42,245 nucleotides of DNA from Bacteroidales bacterium (lineage in GTDB: Bacteria; Bacteroidota; Bacteroidia; Bacteroidales; CAIWKO01), in contig DAOORA010000004.1 in assembly GCA_035389045.1 (NCBI GenBank), positions 1-42,245 on the forward strand, read 5' to 3'. Every line of letters begins with the position of its first letter. Within the stretch, counting starts at the first letter, position 1. The notes below the pieces were generated by a model. The model saw nothing but the letters and a program-made list of their open reading frames with translations, made no database searches and was not told the DNA's origin. This document shows positions 10,385 through 20,314 of the stretch, piece by piece. A program made the translations under genes and the position numbers.

Positions 10385-10894
10385 ATGGAAAAACATCAGG
10401 GCATTATTACATTTGGAGGCAATCCTCTTACGCTAACAGGAACTATGGTTAAGGAAGGCGAACAGGCAAAAGATTTTACTGTTCTGTCCAGCGATCTGAA
10501 ACCTCACAAACTCAGCGATTATGACGGAAAAACGAGGATCATATCCGTGGTACCGTCGGTTGATACCGGTGTCTGTGCAGCACAAACACGCCGTTTCAAT
10601 GTTGAAGCGGCTAAACTCGACGACACGGTAATTTTAACTGTTTCGTGCGACCTTCCTTTTGCTTTAGGCCGTTTCTGTGCTGCTGAAGGCATAGATAAAG
10701 TGATTACCTTATCGGATCATAAAGAGACCGATTTCGGTTTGAAATATGGATTTCTGATCGACGAATTACGTCTGCTGGCACGCGGCATAGTTATCATCGA
10801 CAAATCCGGAGTGATCCGTTATGTTGAATATGTCAATGAAGTCACTCATCATCCCGACTATGATAAGGCTCTGGCAGCTTTAAAATCTATTTGA
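10385..10894 (+). CDS. tpx: Thiol peroxidase (atypical 2-Cys peroxiredoxin)
   Basis: ITFGGNPLTL, VPSVDTGVCAAQTRRFN, SCDLPFALGRFC, HPDYD. Confidence 0.95.
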   Translation: MEKHQGIITFGGNPLTLTGTMVKEGEQAKDFTVLSSDLKPHKLSDYDGKTRIISVVPSVDTGVCAAQTRRFNVEAAKLDDTVILTVSCDLPFALGRFCAAEGIDKVITLSDHKETDFGLKYGFLIDELRLLARGIVIIDKSGVIRYVEYVNEVTHHPDYDKALAALKSI

Positions 10895-10966
10895 TATAAT
10901 TCTTATATATAATATACAAACTTATTGTTAAATTCATTTCATTTTTAACCCTATAAATTATTAAGT

Positions 10967-12826
10967 ATGAAAAAATACCTATTACTCATTTTAACTCTTT
11001 GGACAAGCTTGCAGGTATCTTTAGCACAAACAACATTGTATACTACTGACTTTGAAAGTGATACCATAGGAAGGCTGGCCATACAAGCCGGTGATCCCTG
11101 GACTACCTGGTCGGGTACACTGGGAGGCGGTGAAGATCCCTTTGTTTCGAATACCCAGGCTCATAGCGGGATACATTCCGTTTACGTGGTCAATAACAAT
11201 GATTGCGTTCTGAATTTATATGATAAAACGACGGGGCGTTTCAAGGTGCAATGGTATATGTATGTGGAGAGCGGGAAACTCGGCTACTTCAATCTGCTGA
11301 GTGATTTCAGTTCAGGAAGCAGCACCTGGGCATTTCAGGCCTACATTTACCACGACACCATTTTTATTGATGCGGACGGCTACCATACCGCCATGGCTCC
11401 CTTTGCATCTGACACATGGGCAAAAGTGACTCTGATCATCGATCTTGACGATGATTTTGCAACATTTTTCAAAGATGATGTAGAAATCATAAGTTATCAA
11501 TGGAGCAAAGGCGCGCAAGGTTCTGACAATCTGCTGAAACTTGATGGTATTGATTTTTATGGCTGGGACGGAACCGATAGCCCAGTTGAGGGCACACCGT
11601 CAGGTTATTACATTGACGACGTGAGTTTTGATTCAATAGTCGCGCCGGGGATAGCCCCTTCCAACCTGACGGCAACACTGAACAGCGGTGATATTGATGT
11701 GGCATGGACAGCCTCAGCGCCTGCGCCCGATCTTTACAAATTAAGCCGGAACGGAGCCGTTGTCCATTCAACTTCAGGGCTTAGCTATACGGATGTTCAT
11801 CCCTGGCCTGATACTTATATTTATGCTGTCAGGGCGAAATACGACAGTCTGGGTTATTCTCACGCCTCAAATTCGGATACTGCAACCATTACCGGAGGTG
11901 TGAGCCGCGACCTTGTGCTGATGGAAAAAGGAACTTCGACAAACTGCCCTTATTGTCCGTATGCCGCTATGGGATATAAAAGTTTGATCGAGACCAACCA
12001 TAAAGATGCAGCAGGTATTGCCTATCACCCTTCAGCATTATGGAACAGTTTCGAAGATGCTTATACAAATTCAGCCTCGGTAGCGCGTTTAATTTATTAT
12101 AATATCGAAGGATTTCCCACTGTGATCTCAGACGGTAAATGGAGGATCAACGGCGTTACCGGTACCACGAACCAGTATTCGGTATATTTAAATTTTTATA
12201 ACGACAGGATTGATGCTGCATCATTTCACACCATCGATCTTAATGTGGTTCCGGCAGGTACTGATACCTATACGGCCACCATCACTGCCGAAGAGTCCTT
12301 TACGGCATTTTCTCCGGTAAAACTACATGTTGTTCTCACCGAATCAAATATTCCCGTTGTATGGTACAGCCAATCGGAACTGGATTATGTCTGCCGTGGT
12401 ATGTATCCCGATGCAAACGGAACTACCATAGATTTCTCCACACAAAACCCGCAAACCTTCAACATAAACTTTTCGACCAGCGGATATGTAAAAGATAACT
12501 GCCAGCTGATCGTATTTATCCAGGATCCTGCCTCAAAATTAGTCACTCAGACCGTGAAGCTGAACATGTCTGCCGTATCGGGTATGGATGAACTCAGCGG
12601 GAAAAATATAAGCCTGTATCCCAATCCGGCAAGTGAATACGTTATTGCCCACACCAGCGGTAACGGACAAATGGAAATTTTTGATATCACCGGAAAATGT
12701 GTTTTACAAGACAACATCACACAGACTTCTCAGACTTATGATGTCCGTGGCTTAGAAAAAGGCATTTATTTTGTCAGAATTACAACAAAAGAAAATTCCT
12801 TCTCAGAAAAGCTGATCATCGATTAG
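10967..12826 (+). CDS. Omp28-related T9SS-secreted protein (N-terminal beta-sandwich, FN3-like, thioredoxin-like Omp28 domain)
   Basis: VLMEKGTSTNCPYCP, IAYH, GFPTV...DG, LHVVLTES, LIVFIQD; C-terminal LYPNPA...KGIYFVRI. Confidence 0.8.
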   Translation: MKKYLLLILTLWTSLQVSLAQTTLYTTDFESDTIGRLAIQAGDPWTTWSGTLGGGEDPFVSNTQAHSGIHSVYVVNNNDCVLNLYDKTTGRFKVQWYMYVESGKLGYFNLLSDFSSGSSTWAFQAYIYHDTIFIDADGYHTAMAPFASDTWAKVTLIIDLDDDFATFFKDDVEIISYQWSKGAQGSDNLLKLDGIDFYGWDGTDSPVEGTPSGYYIDDVSFDSIVAPGIAPSNLTATLNSGDIDVAWTASAPAPDLYKLSRNGAVVHSTSGLSYTDVHPWPDTYIYAVRAKYDSLGYSHASNSDTATITGGVSRDLVLMEKGTSTNCPYCPYAAMGYKSLIETNHKDAAGIAYHPSALWNSFEDAYTNSASVARLIYYNIEGFPTVISDGKWRINGVTGTTNQYSVYLNFYNDRIDAASFHTIDLNVVPAGTDTYTATITAEESFTAFSPVKLHVVLTESNIPVVWYSQSELDYVCRGMYPDANGTTIDFSTQNPQTFNINFSTSGYVKDNCQLIVFIQDPASKLVTQTVKLNMSAVSGMDELSGKNISLYPNPASEYVIAHTSGNGQMEIFDITGKCVLQDNITQTSQTYDVRGLEKGIYFVRITTKENSFSEKLIID

Positions 12827-12844
12827 AAACTGATCCGGATTTTT

Positions 12845-12875
12845 AAAGAGGCCTGTTGAATTGCAGGCCTTTTTT
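12845..12875. terminator. Probable bidirectional intrinsic terminator
   Basis: AGGCCTG-TTGAATTG-CAGGCCT hairpin followed by a T-run, between convergent genes. Confidence 0.8.
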
Positions 12876-12906
12876 GTTTCAGATTTGAGCGGTTTCAGGC
12901 TTTCAA

Positions 12907-13989
12907 TTATTCTGTATCGCCCTTTTCTTTTATGTAAAAAGCGGAATCACCCCATTCACCGTAAGCGAGCTCGCATCCGGCACTCCTGATACACTCTGCA
13001 AGAGAGCGCCCGCAATCAGCAGGCTCATCATGCAGACCCGGCTTTCCTTCATAGAGATCATAGTTTTTTTTATATGTTACAGGGGTAATGTTGGGCATCA
13101 TCACATTGGCTCCGGCAAGCAGACCCTTCTCCCTGCCCTGGGGATCAAGTGTCTGAAGGGCTGTAGATGATGCGATGTTTATTTCTGGACGTAACAACCT
13201 CAGGATGGCAATCATTTTCAACGATAATTCCACACGTTTTTCCGGTGGCGATAGTGTATCCTTGTATTTAAAAAGCGGGGTGTCAGCATGTTCAATGTAT
13301 GGGCCCATGCCTACCATATGCACACCTGAATCTCTGATAAAAAAAAGGTCTGCAGCAAGGTCATCCATGGTCTGAAAGGGCAGTCCTATCATAACCCCCG
13401 TGCCTGCCTGGTATCCTATCCTGATCAGGGAGTTGATGGCTTCCAGCCTTTTATAATAACTATGCTTTGCATTACGCGGATGAAGCCGGTGATACAAAGC
13501 AGGGTCAGAAGATTCAATTCTCAGCAGGTATCTTTTCACTCCCAGGTCGAACCATTTGCGGTAAATTTCCTCATGTTGTTCACCACACGACAATGTAATA
13601 CGCAGGTTATTTTCGGTCACCAGATGAATTTTTCGTATCAGTTCTGAGATCCGGCTGGTAAATGCGCTGTCGCTGCGTTCGCCCGACTGCAGCACTAAGG
13701 ATCCATAATTATTCTTCCATGCAAATACCGCTGCTTTCAGCACTTCATCCTCCGGAACCTCATACCGTAACACTTTGTTGTTTCCGGCTCTGATGCCACA
13801 ATAAAAACAGTTTTTTGAGCATAAATTCGAATACTCTATCAATCCTCTTATAAATACCTTGTTGCCGATCAACGAATCTCTTGTTTGACGGGCGGCGCCA
13901 AGAAGTTCTCTGATTTGGATATCATCATCAACAGACAGCAAATACTTCACTGCATCATAATCCAGGTTTGCAAAGATTTTACTGTCCAT
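12907..13989 (-). CDS. hydE: [FeFe]-hydrogenase H-cluster radical SAM maturase HydE
   Basis: RGLIEYSNLCSKNCFYCGIR, VLQSGE, GMGPYIEHADTP, GANVMMPN, YDLYEGK. Confidence 0.95.
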   Translation of the reverse strand: MDSKIFANLDYDAVKYLLSVDDDIQIRELLGAARQTRDSLIGNKVFIRGLIEYSNLCSKNCFYCGIRAGNNKVLRYEVPEDEVLKAAVFAWKNNYGSLVLQSGERSDSAFTSRISELIRKIHLVTENNLRITLSCGEQHEEIYRKWFDLGVKRYLLRIESSDPALYHRLHPRNAKHSYYKRLEAINSLIRIGYQAGTGVMIGLPFQTMDDLAADLFFIRDSGVHMVGMGPYIEHADTPLFKYKDTLSPPEKRVELSLKMIAILRLLRPEINIASSTALQTLDPQGREKGLLAGANVMMPNITPVTYKKNYDLYEGKPGLHDEPADCGRSLAECIRSAGCELAYGEWGDSAFYIKEKGDTE

Positions 13990-14004
13990 AAATGAAAAAT
14001 ATTC

Positions 14005-15243
14005 TTATCTGGAGGTGACCGGTGGAACAATTGTATCTGAGGTTTGAAAAAAAGGCTGCAGGGCCCGTGTAAAGATTCCGTTCATATAAGCTATTGCCAT
14101 TCCGTAATTTGTTATGGAAACCGCATTTTCCGTGAATGGTTTCAAACGGTTGAGTATTTGTTTGCGGGTCACCATGCAGCCTCCGCATTGAATAACCAAT
14201 TTGTAATCCCGGACATTTTCCGGCAACATATCCAATCCGGATATATTTGTAAAATATAATTTTTTTCCTGTGAATTTTGAAAGCCACATAGGTATTTTAA
14301 CCCTTCCGATATCATCACAGCTCACATGATGGGTGCAGGACTCAAGAATAAGTATTCTGTCGCCGTCTTTGAGTTCACTGATCGTTTGGGTTCCTTTCAC
14401 AAAATTTTCAAAATCTCCTTTCAGCCGTGATAACACAATGCTGAAACTGGTAAGCTGAATATCTGCGGGCACTAATTCCTTTACGGTGCCGAATACCTGG
14501 CTGTCGGTGACAACCAGACAAGGTTTGATGCTGCAGGTTTCAAAAAAATGTTTCAACTCTGTTTCTTTAAGAACCACGCAGATACAATCATTGTCAAGCA
14601 CGTCGCGGATGGCCATCTGCTGAGGCAGGATCATTCGTCCTTCGGGAGCTTCCGAATCTATTGGGGTTACCAACAATACGTAATCGCCTTTACGGATGAT
14701 GTCGCCGATCAGCGAATGAGCAGCGTAGGCTGATGCTGGAATTGTATTTTTCAATGCTGATATCACCAAACCGATATTTGAGGATGACCGGACACTAAGG
14801 TCAATAATATCACAAATACAATACTTTTGAATAATTTCCCGTGTATTTTCGGATAACGGATTTACATCGGACTTGTTGTGAACAATGATGAACGGCACAT
14901 CATACTGAATAAATTCATTGACTAACTGCATCTCGGGTTGCCCGAATTTATTATCAGCAATAACAAGCACAGCGCAGTCGATGATTTTCATAACCTGCAG
15001 GGTTCGATCAATCCTTTTTTTGCCTAACTCACCGGTGTCGTCAATACCGGCAGTATCAACCATTATCACGGGACCTATGCCGGATAGTTCAATAGATTTT
15101 TTCACAGGGTCGGTGGTTGTTCCTGCATGTTCCGAAACAATAGCCACCTCCTGCCCTACGAGGGCATTTATGAGTGAACTTTTCCCGTTATTTCGTCTTC
15201 CAAAGATACCGATGTGTGGTTTTAAGTCCCTGCCCTTATCCAT
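14005..15243 (-). CDS. hydF: [FeFe]-hydrogenase H-cluster maturation GTPase HydF
   Basis: GRRNNGKSS, GTTTDPV, DTAG, NKSD, APEGRMILPQ, ESCTHH...CGGCM, TNYG. Confidence 0.95.
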   Translation of the reverse strand: MDKGRDLKPHIGIFGRRNNGKSSLINALVGQEVAIVSEHAGTTTDPVKKSIELSGIGPVIMVDTAGIDDTGELGKKRIDRTLQVMKIIDCAVLVIADNKFGQPEMQLVNEFIQYDVPFIIVHNKSDVNPLSENTREIIQKYCICDIIDLSVRSSSNIGLVISALKNTIPASAYAAHSLIGDIIRKGDYVLLVTPIDSEAPEGRMILPQQMAIRDVLDNDCICVVLKETELKHFFETCSIKPCLVVTDSQVFGTVKELVPADIQLTSFSIVLSRLKGDFENFVKGTQTISELKDGDRILILESCTHHVSCDDIGRVKIPMWLSKFTGKKLYFTNISGLDMLPENVRDYKLVIQCGGCMVTRKQILNRLKPFTENAVSITNYGMAIAYMNGIFTRALQPFFQTSDTIVPPVTSR

Positions 15244-15291
15244 GTTTGCTGAATTAAATTATGATCACTTCAAACAATATTCCTGATGATA

Positions 15292-16719
15292 TTAAAAATA
15301 CAAATCCCGTTTTCCGTCTTTAATCTGGTTGATCCTGTTTCTGATCTCAGCCACATTTTTTGCATCGCTGAGGGCTTCCAGTTCTTTTTCAATAAGATTC
15401 CATCCCTTGTCGGCATTCACCTTATTGCCATAATCCACGAGATATTCAGCCAGGGTAAGTATGGCATTCGGTGTACAGAAGCGTTTTATGAAACCGGGAA
15501 CGGAAAATTCCATAAAATGTTCACCGGTTCTGCCGAGTCTGTAACATGCTGTACAAAAGGAAGGGAGCATCTCCTGATCCAGAAGTTCAGAGATGATCTC
15601 GCTCAGCGACCGGTTATCGTTGATCCTGAACTGGCCTTTATTAAGATCCTGCTCAGATAGAGATGTTTTGGCATAACTGCCCAGTTCGAGCCGTGTACCG
15701 CCGTCGATTTGGGAAACTCCGAATTGTATCACTTCATTGCGTAACGCCACAGGCTCCCGGGCGGTTAGGATCATGCCCGTATAAGGCACGGCCAAACGGA
15801 GAATGGCAATCATCTTTGCAAAATTCTCATCATTGACAAAGTATTTATTGCCCATACTGAGCATGGACGCATCTTTGATCCGTGGAAATGAAATAGTATG
15901 AGGCCCGACATTATAACATGCTTCCAGATGGTTGGTATGCCTGACTAACCCCAGCACTTCGAAACGCCAGTCGTATAATCCGAAAAGCGCCCCTATGCCC
16001 ACATCGTCGAGCCCTGCCTCCAGGGCACGGTCGAGGGAAGAAAGGCGGTATCCGTAATCAGCTTTTTTTCCCCTGAGATGGTAAGTTTTATAGGCTTCGG
16101 GGTGATACGTTTCCTGAAACACCTGGAACGTGCCGATACCGGCATTTTTTACGGTTCTGAACCCTTCTATGTCCAGAGGCGCTGCATTTATATTCACACG
16201 CCTGATCTCGCCATTGTTTTTTTTAACAGAATAGGCCAGGCGGACGGTATGTGCAATAAATTCCGGATTATACTGGGCATGCTCTCCATAAACCAGGATA
16301 AGCCTTTTCTGGCCGTTATCTTCCAGCGCTTCGATTTCTTTAACGATCTCATCATCGGTGAGGGTTACCCGCTTTGCCTCGGGATTTGATGCTCTGAAAC
16401 CGCAGTAAAGGCAATTATTGGAGCATTTGTTGCCTATATACAGGGGTGCAAACAAAACAATGCGGTTGCCATAAATCAGTTTTTTCAACTGACGTGCACC
16501 CTCTTTTATTTCTTCGACAAGTTCAGGATCGGTAGTATTGACTAATATTGCTGTATCAGCAAGACTCAGCCGTTTTTTAGAAAGCGATTTTGCAATGACC
16601 GACCTGACAGATTCTCTGGTTGACACCGTATTGTTAAGATATTCCTCAATCTCCGCTGCATCAATAAATGGCTGCATCGGAACATCAGGTATGTTGTATT
16701 TTTCAGGCGTAAATTTCAT
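15292..16719 (-). CDS. hydG: [FeFe]-hydrogenase H-cluster radical SAM maturase HydG
   Basis: GNRIVLFAPLYIGNKCSNNCLYC, GEIRRVNIN, GPHTISFPR, PSFCTACYR...FCTPNA. Confidence 0.96.
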   Translation of the reverse strand: MKFTPEKYNIPDVPMQPFIDAAEIEEYLNNTVSTRESVRSVIAKSLSKKRLSLADTAILVNTTDPELVEEIKEGARQLKKLIYGNRIVLFAPLYIGNKCSNNCLYCGFRASNPEAKRVTLTDDEIVKEIEALEDNGQKRLILVYGEHAQYNPEFIAHTVRLAYSVKKNNGEIRRVNINAAPLDIEGFRTVKNAGIGTFQVFQETYHPEAYKTYHLRGKKADYGYRLSSLDRALEAGLDDVGIGALFGLYDWRFEVLGLVRHTNHLEACYNVGPHTISFPRIKDASMLSMGNKYFVNDENFAKMIAILRLAVPYTGMILTAREPVALRNEVIQFGVSQIDGGTRLELGSYAKTSLSEQDLNKGQFRINDNRSLSEIISELLDQEMLPSFCTACYRLGRTGEHFMEFSVPGFIKRFCTPNAILTLAEYLVDYGNKVNADKGWNLIEKELEALSDAKNVAEIRNRINQIKDGKRDLYF

Positions 16720-16747
16720 TTGATTACCTCATTCAAATTTATTCCAA

Positions 16748-17878
16748 TTAGTAGTTTTTGGGGAATTCAACAGTAAAGGTACTCCCGATATCGGGTTGGC
16801 TGGTAACCGTAATAGTGCCATGGTAGTTCTCCTCTACGGTTTTTTTCATTATGGAGAGTCCAAGTCCGCTTCCGCTGATACCCTTGGTTTTTTCATTCTT
16901 TATACGTACAAATTCCTGAAACAGTTTAGCCATATCTTCTTCATTCATTCCGATACCGGAATCTGCAACGGATATTTTCACTTTGTTATCATCTGCTGTA
17001 ATTTTGCAATCAACAGTTCCGTTCATTTTATTGTATTTTACCGCATTGGAAATCAGGTTATTGAAAACAATTTCTATTTCATTAGGATCAGCGTTCATAT
17101 AAATATTAGGCTCATCTGAATCGAGAAAAACTTTGACATTTTTCTGGACAGCCATAGGATTCATGGTATCAATAGCGATCTGTGCAATTTGTAGGATGTC
17201 CACTTTGGATATTGCACGTTTTTTCTTTCCGTTTTCGAGTTTGGTGAGGTCAAGCATATCCATGATGAGTGAGCGCATGCCTCTGATACGTTCCAGGGAA
17301 CGCTCGATCATCTGTTCATAATCACTCAGATCGTTGCCCACCTGTTTGTCCTGCATGATGCGCAGATAACCTTCAATGGCATTTATCGGGGATTTGAGTT
17401 CATGAGACAGCACCGATAAGAACTGAAAACGGATTTGTTTACCTTCTTCGTTTAGTTTTTTAGTCATCCGGCTCAGATACAGATGTTTGGTAATACCTTC
17501 CATAGCCGTTTTCAGTTCCTGCGGTGTAAAGGGTTTGGGCACAAAATTATAGGCGCCGTTATTGGTAGCTTTGATGGCCAGGTCGAGAGAAGCATAGGAC
17601 GTGATCATCATCACCGAAGTATCAATATTTTTTTTGTTAATATATTCCAGCACCTCAATGCCATGGATACCGGGTAGTTTATTATCAAGGAGGACAATGT
17701 CAATTGGTGTGGAATCCAGATATGTCAGGGCGTCTTCACCCGTACCTACTTCTATTGTTTCAAAAGTAAATGCTTCTTCAATAAAAGGGAAATCCACTGA
17801 AAAGTTTTTAAGTATTCTCGATAGTCCCGATCGAATTCCCGCTTCATCATCGACTATCAATACTTTCAAAATTGCCAT
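16748..17878 (-). CDS. Hybrid receiver-histidine kinase (REC-HisKA-HATPase), no sensor domain
   Basis: LIVDDE...LLDNKLPG...PKPF; SHELKSP; NLISNAVKY, DSGIG, GSGLGL. Confidence 0.92.
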   Translation of the reverse strand: MAILKVLIVDDEAGIRSGLSRILKNFSVDFPFIEEAFTFETIEVGTGEDALTYLDSTPIDIVLLDNKLPGIHGIEVLEYINKKNIDTSVMMITSYASLDLAIKATNNGAYNFVPKPFTPQELKTAMEGITKHLYLSRMTKKLNEEGKQIRFQFLSVLSHELKSPINAIEGYLRIMQDKQVGNDLSDYEQMIERSLERIRGMRSLIMDMLDLTKLENGKKKRAISKVDILQIAQIAIDTMNPMAVQKNVKVFLDSDEPNIYMNADPNEIEIVFNNLISNAVKYNKMNGTVDCKITADDNKVKISVADSGIGMNEEDMAKLFQEFVRIKNEKTKGISGSGLGLSIMKKTVEENYHGTITVTSQPDIGSTFTVEFPKNY

Positions 17879-17882
17879 AACG

Positions 17883-18287
17883 TTATTTTTTATTTTTTAA
17901 TAGCTTATTTACCTGTACCTGCAATTGGTCGAAACGGATACCTTTTTCCAGGTAGAGGTCAGCTTTTATCCATTGCTTATCTTCATCGGAATTAAGGCCA
18001 AACATCATCCCTGTTTCGGCGGTAACAGCGGTTGCAATAATTACAGGCACATCGGGATAATTCTTTTTTATTTTATAGCTGAGTATAAAACCACTGTCTT
18101 TATTATCCATCATCAGGTCGAAGATGGCCAGATCGGGCTTGATTTTATTGATTAATTCTTCACCTTCTTTTTGTGTTTCTCCGGTGATCACATCAAAACC
18201 CATGTTTTGCATGTATAGTTTTAACTGTGTCAAACTATCGATATCATCATCGACGATCAAAACCAATTTTTTTTCTGTCGTTGTCAT
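17883..18287 (-). CDS. Single-domain response regulator
   Basis: LIVDDD, AIFDLMM, ATAV, YLEKG; ATG 18287 abuts the upstream stop codon. Confidence 0.9.
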   Translation of the reverse strand: MTTTEKKLVLIVDDDIDSLTQLKLYMQNMGFDVITGETQKEGEELINKIKPDLAIFDLMMDNKDSGFILSYKIKKNYPDVPVIIATAVTAETGMMFGLNSDEDKQWIKADLYLEKGIRFDQLQVQVNKLLKNKK

Positions 18288-18288
18288 T

Positions 18289-20283
18289 TTATAAGGTTTT
18301 ATTTTTGTTTCTTGGTATTCTGATTTTAAAACAGGTACCGGTTGGGCCTGTTTCGGGCTTATCATTTGTTTCGATGTTTATTTGTCCGTTGTGCATTTTT
18401 ACAATGCCATAAATCAGCGGCAATCCGAGGCCTGTTCCTTTGCCTATTGGTTTGGTGGTAAAGAAAGGAGTAAAGATTTTATCCAGATTTTCTTTGGATA
18501 TTCCCGGCCCTGTATCGGCCACCCAAAACTCAATATCATCATTGCTTTCCCGCAAAGTAATACTAATTTTTCCGCCGTCGGGCATGGCCTCAATGGCATT
18601 TTTTTCGAGATTGGTCAACACCTGCATCCACTGATCGTTATCTATGAAAGCATACGTATTGGACAATTCACATTTAACTTCCACTTCGACATTGGACGGC
18701 AAAATGACGGATTCTATGGAATGATTGGTAAACTTCAGGATATCTGTTTCCACCAGTTTAACCTGGTTCTTACGCGCAAAATTCAACAAACCGCCAACAA
18801 TTTTTTTGCATCGTTCGGCCTGTTCGGCAATCAGTTCCAGGTCGTCGCGTATAGGGCTTTCGGCAGGAGCTTCTTCTTTCAGAATATTGCTGTACATAGT
18901 GATAATTCCCAGCGGATTGTTCAATTCATGAGCGATACCTGCAGACAACTGGCCCATATTGGCGAGTTTTTCGGATTGTTGCAGCGATTGACGTGCGCTT
19001 GCCAGATTTTCGTTCGAGAGATTGAGTTCCTGTATCGAATTGTGAAGTTTTTCAATGGTATTGGGCAGGCACATTTCCACCTCGGCAAAACCTTCGATGA
19101 TTGCAATGGCATGTTCAATGCACGAATCGTAACCGCAGGCTCCGCAGTTGAGGTGATCTTCGGCTTTTACTTTCCCCATGCTTTCCAGAACCTTCGAGAT
19201 GGCTTCCACGGAGGGCGTTGGAATACGCCGGTCGGCCGGTTTAAACTGTTGGGAATAATCAAGGTCCTTAAACGTGTTAAACTCATTTTTCCAGGTATCC
19301 TTATCCAGTAATTTCATCTTTTGTCGCACATAGTTTCTAATCCTGGTGGTTTTGGTGAACAACATATTATTATAGGTCATTCCCGGCCCCATGATGCATC
19401 CCTCACAGCACAGCAGTTCGAGGTGCTGCGATTTTTTAAGGCCTTCTTCAAATTCATGGATTGCCTCCCTGAAATGCACTCTCCCGGAGGCCACAATAAT
19501 ATTTTCCTCGCAAATATCATCCGTTTTATTGATAGAATGCAGTTTGCCCCGGGTGACAGGAAATATTGATGCTTTTCCGGCATAAGGCGGGTCAAAATCA
19601 GATGGTTCAGTGTTTTCTGGAGTAATGCCTGCTTTTTTAAACAGTTTTCGCAACTCGATAAAGGTTATCACCTGATCTACCTCGTTTGATTCTGCTTTTT
19701 TGGCAATACAAGGTCCCATAAAAACAGTCTTAACATCCTCACCATATTTTTTCTTTACGATCCTTACCATAGCCACCATCGGTGAAACGATCGGGGCTAA
19801 GGATTCTATCAGTTCGGGATGATAATGCCTGACATAATAGGCTATGGCCGGGCAGTCGGATGAAATGCTTTTGGGGGCATCCACATCATTCATTACCTTT
19901 TGGTATTCATTGGCCACCATATCGGCACCAAATCCTACTTCCACCACCCAGCTAAAACCTAATTTACGGAGCATGCCAACAAATTTCCTGTAATCGCAAA
20001 TCTCAGCAAATTCGGCCGGAAAACTCGGAGCAACGCAGGCTACAGTTTTTTCATTCGTGGCCAGGTATTCTTCAACAGGTGCTGTGGTATCCACAAACAC
20101 TTTTGCTTTCTGGCTGCAAACTTTAGTGCAGTTTCCGCATCCGATGCATCTCTCCGAGATAACCTCCGCCTGGCCGTTTATTATTTTTATAGCTTTTACA
20201 GGACATTCTCTGACACAGGTATAACATACCCTGCAGCGGTCTTTTACTGTGTAAACTAACTCGTTATTTATCAGATTTCCCAT
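18289..20283 (-). CDS. Putative sensory [FeFe]-hydrogenase (group C) fused to a histidine kinase
   Basis: 2x[4Fe-4S] (CRVCYTC...CP; CIGCGNC...C); variant H-cluster motifs [27 protein letters not shown]; FeS domain [10 protein letters not shown]...C; H-box [27 protein letters not shown]. Confidence 0.9.
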   Translation of the reverse strand: MGNLINNELVYTVKDRCRVCYTCVRECPVKAIKIINGQAEVISERCIGCGNCTKVCSQKAKVFVDTTAPVEEYLATNEKTVACVAPSFPAEFAEICDYRKFVGMLRKLGFSWVVEVGFGADMVANEYQKVMNDVDAPKSISSDCPAIAYYVRHYHPELIESLAPIVSPMVAMVRIVKKKYGEDVKTVFMGPCIAKKAESNEVDQVITFIELRKLFKKAGITPENTEPSDFDPPYAGKASIFPVTRGKLHSINKTDDICEENIIVASGRVHFREAIHEFEEGLKKSQHLELLCCEGCIMGPGMTYNNMLFTKTTRIRNYVRQKMKLLDKDTWKNEFNTFKDLDYSQQFKPADRRIPTPSVEAISKVLESMGKVKAEDHLNCGACGYDSCIEHAIAIIEGFAEVEMCLPNTIEKLHNSIQELNLSNENLASARQSLQQSEKLANMGQLSAGIAHELNNPLGIITMYSNILKEEAPAESPIRDDLELIAEQAERCKKIVGGLLNFARKNQVKLVETDILKFTNHSIESVILPSNVEVEVKCELSNTYAFIDNDQWMQVLTNLEKNAIEAMPDGGKISITLRESNDDIEFWVADTGPGISKENLDKIFTPFFTTKPIGKGTGLGLPLIYGIVKMHNGQINIETNDKPETGPTGTCFKIRIPRNKNKTL

Positions 20284-20314
20284 TGTCCTGAGCTTGCTAT
20301 GCGGTTATTTATTA

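Noticed and set aside
14170..14200. HydF QCGGC instead of HCGGC
   Set aside because: The three Cys ligands are intact; not enough to claim altered function.
18382..19311. Long antisense ORFs (also 4204-4884, 6629-7225, 22998-23522, 37858-38448)
   Set aside because: Shadows of well-supported genes on the opposite strand, with no recognisable motifs.
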